A stretch of DNA of 36,904 bases, taken from NCBI GenBank assembly GCA_000934665.2, contig JYFJ02006683.1, positions 1 to 36,904 on the forward strand, read 5' to 3'. Both the position numbers and the translations under genes were made by a program. This DNA is from Catajapyx aquilonaris (Eukaryota). Below the pieces are notes generated by a model. The model saw only the letters and a program-made list of their open reading frames with translations. It had not been told where the DNA came from and did not search any database. Below, one piece after another: positions 34,201 to 36,904 of the stretch (positions within the stretch are counted from its first letter, which is position 1; each line of letters starts with the position of its first letter).

Positions 34201-35695
34201 ACCCAGATCCGATTTACACTCACACATTTATTACATTTTGCCTGCAGGCCAGTGTCCTGTATACGCATTAGAACAGTGAGAACTGGGATACTGCAAACCA
34301 GGAATATGGAACTTGTGGGGCAAAAGTACTGTGAATTTGCAATTTTCCGCAAGTTTATATAATTGCCACTGGATGGTTTACAAACGTGAAATAATTTTTA
34401 CATTTATTTGTGTCATACTGGTATACTATACAAATGTTTTACAGTCACAAAATATTGATTAAAACTAAAATTTAAATGGCCTTCATGATTGCGCATCACT
34501 TTCTGCACTGTGTAGCAATATACGTACTAAAAATGTGGTATTACTCATCCTGGTCAGTTTGAGTGAAGAATGTGTCACTCAAAATGGGAATTTATCTACC
34601 AATGACATAAAATATTAATAAAATAACTTCAGGCGAAAAAATTGCAAATGCAGCACTTCGGCCGCAATACTTCTGCGGCGAGGTCGTCTTTCTAGATAGT
34701 GGTTTGTTATGTGCAGATGAGTCGGTTTTTTAGAAAATGCTGCGGATCCGAGCAGATCTCAGCTCCGTAATTCTGGTTTGCAGTACTAGCGTTCACTTTT
34801 CAAGCAAACACTATCAAGTACCAAAAATCTTAGTAGACCAGGCACAATAATGGTGTCGACTATGTTACTTGCTCACACCCTTTTAACTATTAGCCATTAG
34901 TCCTTGGAACCCGTAGGAGAGAGATATGTAATTGTGGGGGAGCCGGATTACAGTCCTGCGAGTGGTCATCAGTGTAGCTATCCGGTGCATACTGTTGAAG
35001 CGTCATCCAGTAGAAATTAAGGGGGAATCTAAGGAATTTCCTAGGGTACCAGTTTAATTCTAGGGGAATATTAAGCGAATTAAGGGGAATGCTCTGGAGA
35101 TCGAGAGGAGCCCGGAATATAATTATCTCGGAATTATGTCGCGATCAATTCCTTGAGTGTTGTATGCTTTTAAATTTCAAAAACCTGTGTACAGCCGTAG
35201 CAGAAAATGGCCCATACCAGTGAAATTGTAGGCCTGTGATACACCTACTGTGCACGTTTCATGCAAATCTGACAGAGTCCACTTCATGTCCCCCCCTTGT
35301 AAGTAGGGGAATTTGACTTCAGACCCCACCGGTTGGGGTGGACTTGTCATTAATTTCGTCATTACAAACGCACTGATCTGGGCAGAAAAATATTGGAATA
35401 GGTGAACCTGGCCACTCGAATGCGCCTGGGAGGTGAACTAGGCTGCCTGTTTTTTAAACCAGATACATGGTGAATTGGATGGTAGACAAATAATTTTGGA
35501 TAATACAGGGGATAGGATATTATTTTATTCTGCACTAGAAGCGGAGCAAGTTCTTCGCGCAGCCTGTTCCCATGGTAATGTAATCAACAAAAATCATTCA
35601 TTGTTGATGCAATGAAAACCCGTTTCCATAATAACCCATTGCCATAATAACCCATTGCCAGGGTAATGGGTTAAAAAATATTGATTTAATTCCAA

Positions 35696-36785
35696 CTTAC
35701 AAGGGAAGGCAGCGACGTGAGAATAACGGACAAGGACAAAAATCGCTCAATGGGTAAATCACATGCGTAGAATTTACTGACGAGCGTATGAGATGAGGGG
35801 TGTGGGGGGAAAACATGATAACGGACAAAAGAGCAATTTTTCAGGAGAGCGAATTGAAGTTTGAATTTTTTTAACAAATCATAATTATAGGGAATGCTGG
35901 TTGTGATCTAGTCCGTGTGGCCGTCTCATGCATGATACATGAACTTGGAGTATACCAAACTGTTTGTCATGTCTTATACATAGTTGCTAGGTGTTTAGGT
36001 AAAAAATGACAAAAATTTCAGTTATCATGTTTTCTCCCCACAGTCCTCAGATTATGAGCGACGACAGATCCCGCGCGTTTATAGCGCCTCCTCTCCGCCT
36101 CCAAATCTAAAGGCCCCTCGCAGAAGTCGCGTGTTGCGGGACCCGGTGTTGTCTCACTTGTCCTCTCCCCCCTCCCCCCCATTATATTCTTTGGCTGTAC
36201 ATAGTGAAATTAAGTCGTGGTTCAGTCAAATAACTGGAATAATGACAACATAATAGATGGGCAATAGGCCTATACTGGATTGTGCCTCTTTTTTTTGGAT
36301 GATGTGTTTTTCTCGCCGAAGACGGCCCATACGGACTGCGTTAAACATTGATTACCGTACTTGATCATATGAAGACTTGTATCTTCCCCTGCATATGAGA
36401 AATAATTTCTCACTTCACGTCGAGAAAAACACATCATCCAAAAAAAGAGGCACAGTCCAGTAAACTGTATTTCCCATCTCTTATGTTGGCATTATTCCAG
36501 TAATTAGACGGAACCACTACTGAATTTCAGTATATGTGCACTTGTGCAGCCAAAAATAGGGGGGGAGAACACTATATGTCCCACAACAAGCGACTTCTGC
36601 GAGGGGCTTTTAGATTTGTAAGTGGAGGTGCTATTGAGCTTGCGGGATCTGTCGTCGCTCATATCTCGAAAATGGGTGTGTAATGCATCTTTTTACGTTC
36701 GTCAGTGAATTCTAGGCATGTGATTTACCCACTGAGCGATTTTTGTCATTGTCCGTACTCTCACGTCGCTGCCTTCCCTTGTTAG
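35696..36785. mobile_element. Large (about 1.1 kb) foldback element with CTTACAAGGG/CCCTTGTTAG termini
   Basis: 35696-35794 is inverted to 36687-36785, and about 36050-36315 is inverted to about 36421-36666. Confidence 0.85.
35795..36048. mobile_element. Nested TIR element with GAG...CTC ends (Sola-like)
   Basis: GAGGGGTGTGGGGGGAAAACATGATAAC / GTTATCATGTTTTCTCCCCACAGTCCTC, flanked by AGAT on both sides and absent from the opposite arm of the host foldback. Confidence 0.7.
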
Positions 36786-36811
36786 TTGTACCCACCCTGC
36801 AGGCACGTATA

Positions 36812-36904
36812 CAGGGTGTAAATGAATTCAACCGACAAACTTCTAGGGGTGATAGAGGGGACCAAGACAAACATTTTTGACATAGGAAACCGTGTCCGGA
36901 AACG
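36812..36904. mobile_element. MITE family A, left arm (cut by window end)
   Basis: TA-CAGGGTGTAAATGAATTCAACCGACAAACTTCTAGGGGTGATAGAGGGGACCAAGACAAAC...GTGTCCGGAAACG. Confidence 0.9.

Noticed and set aside
35626..35672. Duplicated ATAATAACCCATTGCC with partial inversion
   Set aside because: A simple local slippage duplication with no further structure.

Overview
Eukaryotic non-coding DNA, probably arthropod (CpG not visibly depleted, tRNA-derived SINEs, TA/TAA-targeting MITEs). It reads as a large intron or intergenic tract. I could not support any protein-coding gene, functional tRNA, miRNA or CRISPR array, and the listed ORFs look spurious, several arising from palindromes or microsatellites. 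The window holds about 15 foldback/MITE-type DNA-transposon derivatives (Tc1/mariner-, PIF/Harbinger-, CMC/EnSpm-, P/hAT- and Sola-like ends) and 7 clear plus 1 degraded tRNA-derived SINEs with target-site duplications (TSDs). Between them are unique blocks rich in developmental transcription-factor motifs. The most interesting signals are: (1) SINEs with four different heads/bodies sharing one 3' RNA stem-loop whose inner stem changes sequence but keeps pairing; (2) a mariner-type MITE family with a conserved body and an exchangeable 22-nt cassette inside the terminal inverted repeat (TIR); (3) two SINE families stacked at one target with a triplicated TSD; (4) apparent chains of Tc1/mariner excision footprints. 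All coordinates and counts were read by eye, and no database search was possible.
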